A stretch of 62,895 bases of DNA from Planctomycetota bacterium (GTDB lineage: Bacteria > Planctomycetota > GCA-002687715 > DRQF01). Within the stretch, counting starts at the first letter, position 1. Every line of letters begins with the position of its first letter. A program made the translations under genes and the position numbers. Under the pieces are notes generated by a model that saw only the letters and a program-made list of their open reading frames with translations, was not told where the DNA came from and did no database searches. The DNA lies in contig JALTLO010000043.1 in NCBI GenBank assembly GCA_027001995.1, positions 1 through 62,895 of the forward strand, in the 5' to 3' direction. Below, in pieces: positions 19,705-28,562 of the stretch.

Positions 19705-21402
19705 CTATCTTCCCAGGGCGCGATTGAGGGCCTTTTCCTTTTCTTCCAGGTTCTTGAGGGCCCGGCTTTCTTCAGCCTTGAGTTGCTTATACTGAGGAAG
19801 AAGGCGGCGAAGCTCTGCGCCTTGGGGGTCTAATTTTTGCAAGCAAAGAACGGTGGCTTCCAGCGCTGAACCGTTCCTTGGGTCCCGTGCAAATGCCTCT
19901 CGGGCCAGGGGGAGAGCCTCGCGAAATCGATTGAGCCTCATCAGTGCCGTCGCTGCCAGTGACCCGCCCCGGGAGTCATTCGGGGCTGTGTCCATGAACA
20001 GGGTGGCTTTGTAGTAGGCTTCTTGGTTCTTGTTCTGCACCAATAAGAGGTTGATGAGATGCCAGAGTCCTTCTGGTTGATTGGGGACGGCATTGAGCAA
20101 CTTGTAGACATCACGTAACACGTCTTCGACCGTGTTGAAGCGACTTCGAATGGCGATCATCCCCAAGCGTGCCTCCACATCTTGGGGGTCAGCGTTGATT
20201 CGTTGTTGGAAACCACGGAGTTCTTTCTCGCGCTCCGACTTAAACTCGATCATGGCTTGATAGAGCTGGTTGACTCGTTTCGACTCATCTTTGTTGCCCA
20301 GTTTTCGATAGACGGCTTGTTGAGTGAAGAGTGCCTCGTGGGATCTAGGATTCGTCTTGAGTGCCAGATCCAAGAAGGACAAAGCCAACAGCAGATTGTC
20401 ACGGCCACCCAAGGCTTCATAGGCTCGGGCACAGTCGACAGTTACCCGCCAAGCGGATTGATCTCGCCTCAGTTCTTCTCGGTAGGCCAGAACCGATTCT
20501 TGGACTCGACCCAGCCGTTCGAGAGCTTTGCCTTGCCGATAGTGAAGCAGTGGTGTTTGAGGTGCGACTCTTTCTAATTGCTTGAGTTCGACTAAGGCGT
20601 TTTCGAAATTGCCCGCCTCGAGTTGAGCAGCAGCTAAGGCGTCTCGGTAGCGGGGGCGGTTGGGCTCCCGTTTTGTCGCTCGGCCCAAGACGTCAATGGC
20701 TTCGGCGTAGCGAAATAGGGCCGAAGCTGCGACACCCTTGGTGTACCACAGCTCGCATAGATGGTTGGCGATTCGGGGGTTGGATTCGGCGGCGGCCTCG
20801 ATCAATTGCATGTTATCCAAGGCCACCAAGCAATCGGCGAAATCGTGATTTCCGTAGGACGCTTCAGCCCAACCAATGAGGCTGTCTACTTGAGTCGGGT
20901 CGGCCTCGAATTTTTTCTTGAATACGTCTCTGGCTTCGTGGAAGCGATGCACCAAAAGGGCGCTACTGCCTCTGAGTGTGGCGATCTTTTCACTGTTCGG
21001 GTCTAAAGTCGCGGCCTTTTTGATGGTGCGATAGGCTCTGACTTGGTGTCCAAGAAAAACCTGATTCTTCGCCTGTTTCATCAGGGCTTGTGCTTGCTGA
21101 TAATCCGACTCGCTGACGTCCACCAGTTTGGCTCCCCTGAGGGCCCGCAGGTTTGATCGGTCAGTACTGAGGACTTTTTCGAATAATTTCCGAGCTTCGG
21201 TGTATTGCCCACGAGACTCCAACTCCTCCCCCTGAGCAATGAGAGTCTCTATCTGGGATTGGGGCAACGCTTTGACAACTTGAACCCCTTCCTTTTGCTC
21301 ATTTGGCTTATTGCTGTCTTTGTTACCACAGGCAGCAAGGCCGAGGACCAAAAAGAGGGTCCCGGCTGTCAACTTTTGTACTTTTGTTTTGGTGTCCTTC
21401 AT
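19705..21402 (-). CDS. TPR-repeat lipoprotein
   Basis: Lipobox LAAC after a hydrophobic stretch; many TPR-like repeats (DPNS, EPNRP, APQTP, NPRS turns). Confidence 0.85.
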   Translation of the reverse strand: MKDTKTKVQKLTAGTLFLVLGLAACGNKDSNKPNEQKEGVQVVKALPQSQIETLIAQGEELESRGQYTEARKLFEKVLSTDRSNLRALRGAKLVDVSESDYQQAQALMKQAKNQVFLGHQVRAYRTIKKAATLDPNSEKIATLRGSSALLVHRFHEARDVFKKKFEADPTQVDSLIGWAEASYGNHDFADCLVALDNMQLIEAAAESNPRIANHLCELWYTKGVAASALFRYAEAIDVLGRATKREPNRPRYRDALAAAQLEAGNFENALVELKQLERVAPQTPLLHYRQGKALERLGRVQESVLAYREELRRDQSAWRVTVDCARAYEALGGRDNLLLALSFLDLALKTNPRSHEALFTQQAVYRKLGNKDESKRVNQLYQAMIEFKSEREKELRGFQQRINADPQDVEARLGMIAIRSRFNTVEDVLRDVYKLLNAVPNQPEGLWHLINLLLVQNKNQEAYYKATLFMDTAPNDSRGGSLAATALMRLNRFREALPLAREAFARDPRNGSALEATVLCLQKLDPQGAELRRLLPQYKQLKAEESRALKNLEEKEKALNRALGR

Positions 21403-21496
21403 TCGGAGGATCTTAAACTAAGCTATGCTTCCAAGCACGGGAGCAATCGAATCTTTGGTCCCAGTTGGGACAGATGACCGCCAATGGGAGGAATCC

Positions 21497-24400
21497 TTGT
21501 CTGACCGCAGCCTCAACAGTCGAATTGGTCCATACCAGCTCATTCGTGAGATCGGTCGAGGTGGTATGGCTACAGTCTATGAGGCGAGAGATGAGAATCA
21601 AGAACGGGTGGCGCTCAAGGTTCTCGATGTCAGGCAATCGAAGAGTGACAAGCGAGTTGGGCGCTTCATGCGAGAAGGTGAGGCCACCAGCCGCCTCAAA
21701 CATCCCAACATCATTCGAATCTTCCAGGTGGGTCAGGATGGTGATTTCTGCTTCATCGCCATGGAACTCATCGACGGCCCCACCTTAGAAGATCTCATCT
21801 TCGAATTGAGGAGAGGCCGAAAAGATGCCCTGAGACACTTTCGACCGGATTTGGCATCGCTCCCAGATCCAGTTGTGACCAGTACGAATTATCAGCGAGC
21901 AATCTTGGAAGCATTGGCCAACATCGCCTCAGCGGTGCAAGTGGCCCATGATGTTGACTTGGTTCATCGGGACATCAAACCCAGTAACATCTTGATGGAC
22001 AAAAATGGTCGCTTGGTCTTGACTGACTTTGGCTTGGTTCAAGACATGGCGGCGGAGACTTTGACCCTTACCGGCGATGTTTTGGGGACTCCCCTCTATA
22101 TGAGCCCTGAGCAAATCGCCGGCGATCGCAACAAAATTGGGCCGCATTCTGATATTTATGCCTTGGGCGCAACGATTCATGAAGCTCTGGGCTTGAATGC
22201 GGCCTACTCGGCCACAGAAATCGCAGCTTTGGCGAAACAGATTGCCCGGCACGAGCCGCGCAACTTGGCTGAGCTCAATCCCACATTGCCCAAGAGTGTT
22301 CACACGATTATTCGCCGGGCCATGGCGAAGCGCCCTCACGACCGTTACGGCTCTGCGGCAGCATTGGCCGCAGACATACATACTTTCTTGGCTGGTGGTC
22401 AAATAAAGGCCAAGCCTCCCAGTGTCACCGAAAAGTTGCGAGCGACGATGAGGCGAAACCCCAAAGTCGTGGCGGTGACCTTCGCCATCACCGGGCTCTT
22501 GGTGGCCATACTTGGAACCGTTGGTTTCTTGATGAACCGGGACGACAACAAGCGGGCTCGGGAAGCTCGGAGGTCCTTTGATGACGGTCAAGCTCTTCTT
22601 CAACAAGAAGCGTGGAGTGCAGCTTGGCGGGCGGCCCAAGAGGTGGAAGTTGAACTCAAGAACGAGGATTTAGCCCATCGGCTCAGAGAAGATATCTCTG
22701 GCAACTTGGAGCAAGAGTTCAAGGAGAACGTTGGCATGGGAGTGGATGGTTTGCGTAAGGCGAGCCAATTGCGTCAGTCTGCCATGCAGCTCAGTGGAAT
22801 CTCCATTGACACCTCGCTCTGGCAGCGCTCACTCTCCCTGGCGCTGATGACGATCGCCACATCAGACACATCGGCCACGGATGAGCCCGCTCTCGATCGC
22901 ATCTGGCAAAGCTCCAGTGAATCGCTTTCAGAGAAAGACCGGGCGGTTTGGGCTAATCGCCTTGAGCAGAGCTGTGCCGTTGAGCAAACTCATCGTCGCT
23001 ATCTTGGGGCATATACCTTGGCTCAACGAGCTGATCGCTGGCATCTGAGGACAAGTTCGTTTCCACCAAAAGGCTACGAAAAATGGCTGCGGCCAGAATA
23101 CAAAGCCTTGTCAGCCCTTGCCCAGAAAACTCCCCACATGCCTTGGGCTTCCGCCTTTCGTGAGATGACATTGGGTTCTTTCCTGGCTTTTCCCTGGCCA
23201 GAAATTCGCACCTTTCTGCAAGAGCTCACGGCACAGGCCAATGCTGAAGACGGCGAAGCTTTGGTTGGACTCCTAAACCGAAGTCCACTGTTGGGAATGA
23301 CGGAGAGCTTGATTGCCCTGGGAGAAAGAGTGCCGGAGCTCCGGGTGAGCCTGCTGACTCATTGGGCGTGGCATCCCCAGTTCGAAGCTCAAGAAGCTCT
23401 TTTGTCCTGGGCCCCCCAGTTCGTGTCTTTGGAGCATTGGCTTCAACTGGCGAAAGCTCTTGAGGAGCCGAGGCCGCGAGCCCGAGTGTTTCTCGAAGCC
23501 CAGTTGCCCACCGCTGAGGTGCCCTTGCTAAAAATCTTGTCGCAGTCCTTGGGGTTGGCCAAAAATCAGCAGGCAATGAACAGGCTTAAATTGCGATTAG
23601 CCAAGATGAAAACCCAAGAACGGCAACCTTATTTGACCTCTTTTGTGGCTTTGGGAGGCCAAGCCGAGTGGGATTGGATTGCCTCTTGGCTGGCAAACTA
23701 TCGTCAAGGTGGGGAGGAGATGCGCCGAGCCCTTCAACGGAATATAGATTTGGTGCCGAAAGACTGGTGCTTAAAGAATCTGAAGCATCGACGGTCATCC
23801 CTCCGTCACATCGCTCAAGACGTTTTGATTGCTTCTCCGGACGCTGGCCGAGAAATTCGGCAAGAGCTTTTCTTGGACGAAGGGGAGGAACTCGCTGTTC
23901 GTATCCGATGTGGACTGCTCTTAGCTCCGGAGGAACAAGTTGCATTGTTGGGCCAGCTCGACCTCTTAGAAATCGCTGATCCAGTCATTCTGGCCTTCGC
24001 CTTGTCCCTCAGGTCCCCCGGGCCCAACGATGACTCCGAATATCAGTCTCGACGGGCAGCCAACCTTCTTCGCGCCTATAGGGAAAGCAAAGAAGACTTG
24101 GTGCGCGCTTGGGCTCTTCGGTCCCTTGAGGCGGGGGCCGCCCCTGAGCTTGCTCTCTTGATTGCCCGAGACTTGAACCGCTATCAAGTGGACAGCACAG
24201 GCAATATTCTTTTGGGCCTGTTGGGCAAGAGCCCCATGCACTTGGCATTGAGTCAGGTTCTCAGTGAGATGGAACGGCAATCTTCCAATCCCCTTTTGCC
24301 CAGAAGTCGCGATCTCAATGCTGCCCGTTGCCGATTCTTGGGCCAGATGGCGTTGAAAACTATTGGGGATGAGCAAGATATGAAAACTATTGTGGCTCGG

Positions 24401-24817
24401 GCCCTGGTCAAGTGTGCCACACGCAACGATATGACCACATCGGCGCGGAAATGGGCTCTGTTAATTCTGCCCAAGTTCAAGAACATGATCGAGATCGACG
24501 AATTGGCCAATTCTTTGGCCCTCAACGCTAAGGATGAGATAGTCGCGGCTTTCGCGACTTTGCTTTCTGTCTGCAAAGGCCATGAGGTTGCCCTGGGATT
24601 TCTGGAGGAAAGACCAAGGCTCGACAAATTTGCTCTTGTTGCTCAATCTCTGATTTTCGCCGGTGTTAACCGCTATTCCCGAGCCATGAGATCCCTTGAG
24701 TTGGCGTACATGGCTGGATTTCGCCTTCAATTCGACAGTCCAGACTTCTTGGCCATCGAGAAATTACAGCAGCAGAAGGGCTTTCATCAGCTCTGGCGGG
24801 CTCTCCAGTCCAAATAG
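21497..24817 (+). CDS. Membrane-spanning Ser/Thr protein kinase with long alpha-helical (HEAT/TPR-like) C-terminal region
   Basis: GRGGMA, VALK, HRDIKPSN, DFG, GTPLYMSPE; TM VVAVTFAITGLLVAILGTVGFL. Start placed at TTG 21497 behind GGAGG (ORF track starts at 21425). Confidence 0.9.
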   Translation: MSDRSLNSRIGPYQLIREIGRGGMATVYEARDENQERVALKVLDVRQSKSDKRVGRFMREGEATSRLKHPNIIRIFQVGQDGDFCFIAMELIDGPTLEDLIFELRRGRKDALRHFRPDLASLPDPVVTSTNYQRAILEALANIASAVQVAHDVDLVHRDIKPSNILMDKNGRLVLTDFGLVQDMAAETLTLTGDVLGTPLYMSPEQIAGDRNKIGPHSDIYALGATIHEALGLNAAYSATEIAALAKQIARHEPRNLAELNPTLPKSVHTIIRRAMAKRPHDRYGSAAALAADIHTFLAGGQIKAKPPSVTEKLRATMRRNPKVVAVTFAITGLLVAILGTVGFLMNRDDNKRAREARRSFDDGQALLQQEAWSAAWRAAQEVEVELKNEDLAHRLREDISGNLEQEFKENVGMGVDGLRKASQLRQSAMQLSGISIDTSLWQRSLSLALMTIATSDTSATDEPALDRIWQSSSESLSEKDRAVWANRLEQSCAVEQTHRRYLGAYTLAQRADRWHLRTSSFPPKGYEKWLRPEYKALSALAQKTPHMPWASAFREMTLGSFLAFPWPEIRTFLQELTAQANAEDGEALVGLLNRSPLLGMTESLIALGERVPELRVSLLTHWAWHPQFEAQEALLSWAPQFVSLEHWLQLAKALEEPRPRARVFLEAQLPTAEVPLLKILSQSLGLAKNQQAMNRLKLRLAKMKTQERQPYLTSFVALGGQAEWDWIASWLANYRQGGEEMRRALQRNIDLVPKDWCLKNLKHRRSSLRHIAQDVLIASPDAGREIRQELFLDEGEELAVRIRCGLLLAPEEQVALLGQLDLLEIADPVILAFALSLRSPGPNDDSEYQSRRAANLLRAYRESKEDLVRAWALRSLEAGAAPELALLIARDLNRYQVDSTGNILLGLLGKSPMHLALSQVLSEMERQSSNPLLPRSRDLNAARCRFLGQMALKTIGDEQDMKTIVARALVKCATRNDMTTSARKWALLILPKFKNMIEIDELANSLALNAKDEIVAAFATLLSVCKGHEVALGFLEERPRLDKFALVAQSLIFAGVNRYSRAMRSLELAYMAGFRLQFDSPDFLAIEKLQQQKGFHQLWRALQSK

Positions 24818-24890
24818 CCCCTGCCTTGGTTGATGGGCGAGGTCAGGGTCGATACCTTTTTCAAGCAAACGACTTTTTGGGAGACACCCG

Positions 24891-26615
24891 GTGCGTTCTA
24901 CACAGCTCTTTTTCAAGACCTATTACGATGACCCCGCAGACGCGGAAATTATCAGCCATAAGCTCATGGCCCGTGCGGGTTATCTCGTCAAGACGGGGGC
25001 GGGCATCTACACACTGACACCTTTGTTGTGGCGGGTGGTCAAGAAGGTCATGAACATCATCTGCGAAGAGATGGATCGTTCAGGTGCACAAGAGATCATG
25101 ATGCCCATCTTGCAGCCCTTTTCTTTGTGGAAAGAGAGTGGCAGGTTGGATGGCTATCTCAAAGCTAACATTCTCTTCAACTTGAAGGATCGCAAGGGTG
25201 GTGAGCTAGCTCTTGGGCCGACACATGAAGAAGTGGTGACAGACTTAGTGCGCCGGAGTGTTTCGTCCCACAAGGACCTCCCGGTCATCCTCTATCAACA
25301 ACAGATGAAGTTCCGCGATGAAATCAGGCCACGGTTTGGCCTCATGCGTGGGCGGGAATTCATGATGAAAGACGCTTATTCGTTCGACGCCGACCAAGAA
25401 GGCCTGGACAAGTCTTATGAAACCATGAAGGCGGCCTACCACCGTATTTTCAAGAGACTCGGTCTACGCTATGTCGTTGTCGATGCGGATAGCGGCGCTA
25501 TCGGCGGTAGCGGGTCTCAGGAATTCATGGTCACGGCTGAGGCTGGTGAAGATGCTCTCATGCTCTGTGAAGAAGCAGGCTATGGGGCCAATGTTGAAAA
25601 AGCTGTTTGCATTATTCCGGATGCCCCTGATGGTGGCGAGCCCAAAGAGATGCGCAAGGAAGCGACTCCCGAAATCAAGAGTGTGGAGCAATTGTGCGAG
25701 TTCTTCGACCTGCCCGCATCGCGCATGGTGAAGACGGTTATCTATAAAGCGGTCTTCGCCGAAGATGAAAAAGTTGTGGCGGTTTTGATGCGGGGCGATA
25801 GGCAAATCAACGAAGTGAAGCTAGAGAATCGCTTGGATTGTTTGGCCTTGCATCTGGCAGATGATGAAACCGTCCGGCGGGTGACCGGCGCAGAGCCAGG
25901 ATTTGCTGGGCCTGTGGGGCTGGCTGAAGAAGTCTTGGTCTTGGCTGATGAATCGACAAAGGGCATGACGAATGTACTCTGCGGTTGCAATGAGACCGAC
26001 TACCACCTTTTGGATGTCAATATCGGTCGTGATTGTGAAACGCCGGAATACTTAGACTTGATGACTGCCGAGCCTGGTGATCGTTGTGTCCTCGACCAAA
26101 CTAAAGAACTGACCGTGGTGCGAGGCATCGAGGTTGGGCACATATTCAAACTGGGAGACAAGTATTCCCAGTCCATGGGCCTGAAATTCATGGGCAAAGA
26201 TGGCAAACAACATGCGGCGCTCATGGGTTGCTATGGCATCGGTTCGACGCGCATTGCTGCTGCCGCTGTTGAGCAAAACCATGATGGGGACGGTATCGTT
26301 TGGCCCCATGCTATTGCTCCATTCCACGTCGTTCTTACTGTTGCTGGCAAGAAGGACAGTGATGGAATTGCCGCCTGTGAAACACTCTACTCTCAATTGA
26401 TGGAAGAGGGGCAGGATGTCTTGCTTGATGATCGTCCCATCGGTTTGGGAGCAAGGTTGAAGGACGCTGAGCTCATGGGAATTCCTTTTCGCATTCTCTT
26501 TGGCCGGGGTTTCAAGGAGGGCAAGGTTGAGATCAAGTGTCGCCGCACCGGAGAGACTGCCGACATTGGGCTGGATGAAATCTCAGCCTGGATGGAGTCA
26601 AGGGTCAGTGAGTGA
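24891..26615 (+). CDS. proS: Proline--tRNA ligase (bacterial type with insertion/editing domain)
   Basis: LGPTHEE, KFRDEIRPRFGLMRGREFMMKDAYSF, GIEVGHIFKLG, MGCYGIG, anticodon-binding domain LLDDR. Confidence 0.98.
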   Translation: MRSTQLFFKTYYDDPADAEIISHKLMARAGYLVKTGAGIYTLTPLLWRVVKKVMNIICEEMDRSGAQEIMMPILQPFSLWKESGRLDGYLKANILFNLKDRKGGELALGPTHEEVVTDLVRRSVSSHKDLPVILYQQQMKFRDEIRPRFGLMRGREFMMKDAYSFDADQEGLDKSYETMKAAYHRIFKRLGLRYVVVDADSGAIGGSGSQEFMVTAEAGEDALMLCEEAGYGANVEKAVCIIPDAPDGGEPKEMRKEATPEIKSVEQLCEFFDLPASRMVKTVIYKAVFAEDEKVVAVLMRGDRQINEVKLENRLDCLALHLADDETVRRVTGAEPGFAGPVGLAEEVLVLADESTKGMTNVLCGCNETDYHLLDVNIGRDCETPEYLDLMTAEPGDRCVLDQTKELTVVRGIEVGHIFKLGDKYSQSMGLKFMGKDGKQHAALMGCYGIGSTRIAAAAVEQNHDGDGIVWPHAIAPFHVVLTVAGKKDSDGIAACETLYSQLMEEGQDVLLDDRPIGLGARLKDAELMGIPFRILFGRGFKEGKVEIKCRRTGETADIGLDEISAWMESRVSE

Positions 26616-27331
26616 GGAAGCTTAGCCGCGACATTATCGCCGATGTCCGTTCGTTAGACAAACGAACAACGGTGGCCCTGTTGACAGCGGTTTTTGTTTT
26701 GCTGACTTTGCAGTTCAAGGGTAAGTCTAACTACTGGATTCAAATGGAATTTGTCCGCAATATGGCGAGCAATTTTCTTGAGCTTCAGTTCGTTGGCCAA
26801 GCGGCTTGGGCCCTTACGACCTTTGTCCTGTTCGGTGTTTTGCCATTCTTGGTGGCAACCGTGGTCCTCAAGATGAAACCCAGTGAATTTGGGTTTAACG
26901 CTAAGGGCTTCTTGAAGCACATAGGGGTCTATTTGCTTTTCTTCGCTTTCATGGCCCCATTGATTTGGCTCGCATCGAAAGACCCCGTGTTTCAAAAAAC
27001 CTACCCATTTGCCCAACTCGCTAAAGACCGTGGCCTTTGGTTCTGGCGCTGGCAGGTCTTCTACTTCTTGCAGTTTTGCGGTTTAGAGATGTTCTTTCGC
27101 GGGTTCATGGTGTTCACTTTGGAACGTCGATTTGGTCTTCACAGCATCTTTGTGATGACGATCCCTTATGCCATGATTCATCTGCACAAGCCCATGCCAG
27201 AAGCCTTTGGGGCCATTTTCGCAGGGATCATCTTGGGTTACATGGCGCTGAAGACGCGTTCTTTCTACGGGGGGATAGTGCTACACTATGCCGTTGCTCT
27301 CACGATGGATCTTTTAGCCACGTCCAATTGA
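26612..27331 (+). CDS. CPBP (Abi/CAAX) family intramembrane protease
   Basis: Multi-TM; LEMFFRG, HLHKPMPE, GIILG...S...H motifs. GTGA overlap with the proS stop. Confidence 0.88.
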   Translation: MRKLSRDIIADVRSLDKRTTVALLTAVFVLLTLQFKGKSNYWIQMEFVRNMASNFLELQFVGQAAWALTTFVLFGVLPFLVATVVLKMKPSEFGFNAKGFLKHIGVYLLFFAFMAPLIWLASKDPVFQKTYPFAQLAKDRGLWFWRWQVFYFLQFCGLEMFFRGFMVFTLERRFGLHSIFVMTIPYAMIHLHKPMPEAFGAIFAGIILGYMALKTRSFYGGIVLHYAVALTMDLLATSN

Positions 27332-27422
27332 GGACGATCAAAATTCAAGGGGACGGCTCATGAGTCAAGCAGCTTACCAAGACGCAGGAACGTCCATCGG
27401 GTCGGAAAGTAGACGGGGTTAG

Positions 27423-28391
27423 GTGATGCACCCTTTGTTCAAAAAAGCGCCAGCAGGGTCTTTGGCTATCCTCGGCTTTCACAACATCACCCCGACCTTC
27501 TCTCAGCCGACGATTTCGCCAGACTTCCCCAAGCGTTTTCGAAGACTATGCCGATTGGTGCGCCAGCGCTATGACGTTGTGACTATCTCAGACGGCGTGA
27601 AGAAGTTGGCTGACGGCGAAGCCATCAAGCGCCCGATGGTGGCATTTATTTTTGATGATGGTTATGCCGACACAGCTAACTGCGTCATGCCGATCATGGT
27701 TGACGAGGGGCTTGTGGGTACAAGCTACGTGATCGTCAATGCTCTCGAAGATGGCATCTTGCCCTGGTACGAAGAGCTTGGGCGACTCATTTATCGCATG
27801 AAGAGTGGTCCCCTTACATTCGATATGAAAGGCACGACTTTGTCATTTGAGATCCCAGAAGGGTTGGAGGCTCGTTTTGACGTTTTTTGGCAATGTACCC
27901 GAGAGATGAAGAAACACTTTGACGCCGACACTCACGCATTGGTGAAGAAACTACAAGGGGAACACCAGGTCAAAGCGGATGACGAAGAGGCTCGGCAGAT
28001 GATGATGACGCCTGACCAGGCTAAGTCTCTTCTAAAAGCAGGTTTTGAAGTTGGCTGTCATTCTTGGACTCATCCAATACTGCCGACCTTGGATGAAGCG
28101 GCTTTGGACCGTGAAATCATTGCCAGCAAACCTCACTTGGAGGCTCTTATCGGCCATCAAGTCACATCGTTTTGCTACCCCAATGGGGACAATGATGAGC
28201 GCTGCCTCGCCAGGGCAAAAAGTGGTGGATACGACTGTGCTGTGAGTATGACTTGTGGTGCCAATCTCCACCCAGACTTCTTGCGCTATCGGCTGAAGCG
28301 AGCGGCTATTTCAGAAGAGATCACCGGCATTTGGCCTTACAAATCGATCTATCACATCCACGCTGCCTTAGCCTCCGAACCCCTGCGATAG
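27423..28391 (+). CDS. Polysaccharide deacetylase (CE4/NodB-like)
   Basis: ILGFHNI, FIFDDGY, GCHSWTHP, FCYPNG. Start is GTG 27423 or ATG 27426. Confidence 0.92.
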   Translation: MMHPLFKKAPAGSLAILGFHNITPTFSQPTISPDFPKRFRRLCRLVRQRYDVVTISDGVKKLADGEAIKRPMVAFIFDDGYADTANCVMPIMVDEGLVGTSYVIVNALEDGILPWYEELGRLIYRMKSGPLTFDMKGTTLSFEIPEGLEARFDVFWQCTREMKKHFDADTHALVKKLQGEHQVKADDEEARQMMMTPDQAKSLLKAGFEVGCHSWTHPILPTLDEAALDREIIASKPHLEALIGHQVTSFCYPNGDNDERCLARAKSGGYDCAVSMTCGANLHPDFLRYRLKRAAISEEITGIWPYKSIYHIHAALASEPLR

Positions 28392-28562
28392 GCTTCGGAG
28401 CTGTTCTTTATTTCTCTTGATCCTCTATCAAGGCCGTGAATACGGCTTAAGTCCGCTGTGGCTGATTGTGTTCTTGGTGTTGCTCGTGGGTGATCTCGCA
28501 ACAAATCTGAAGAAAACTCAATTATTCTGGGGACGGGGCGTCATGGTGGCCATCATCTCCAT

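Noticed and set aside
27360..27422. 20-codon ORF (MSQAAYQDAGTSIGSESRRG*) in frame with the deacetylase, ending TAG-GTG
   Set aside because: No recognisable similarity, and the deacetylase appears complete from 27423/27426. It cannot be distinguished from chance without homologue alignment.
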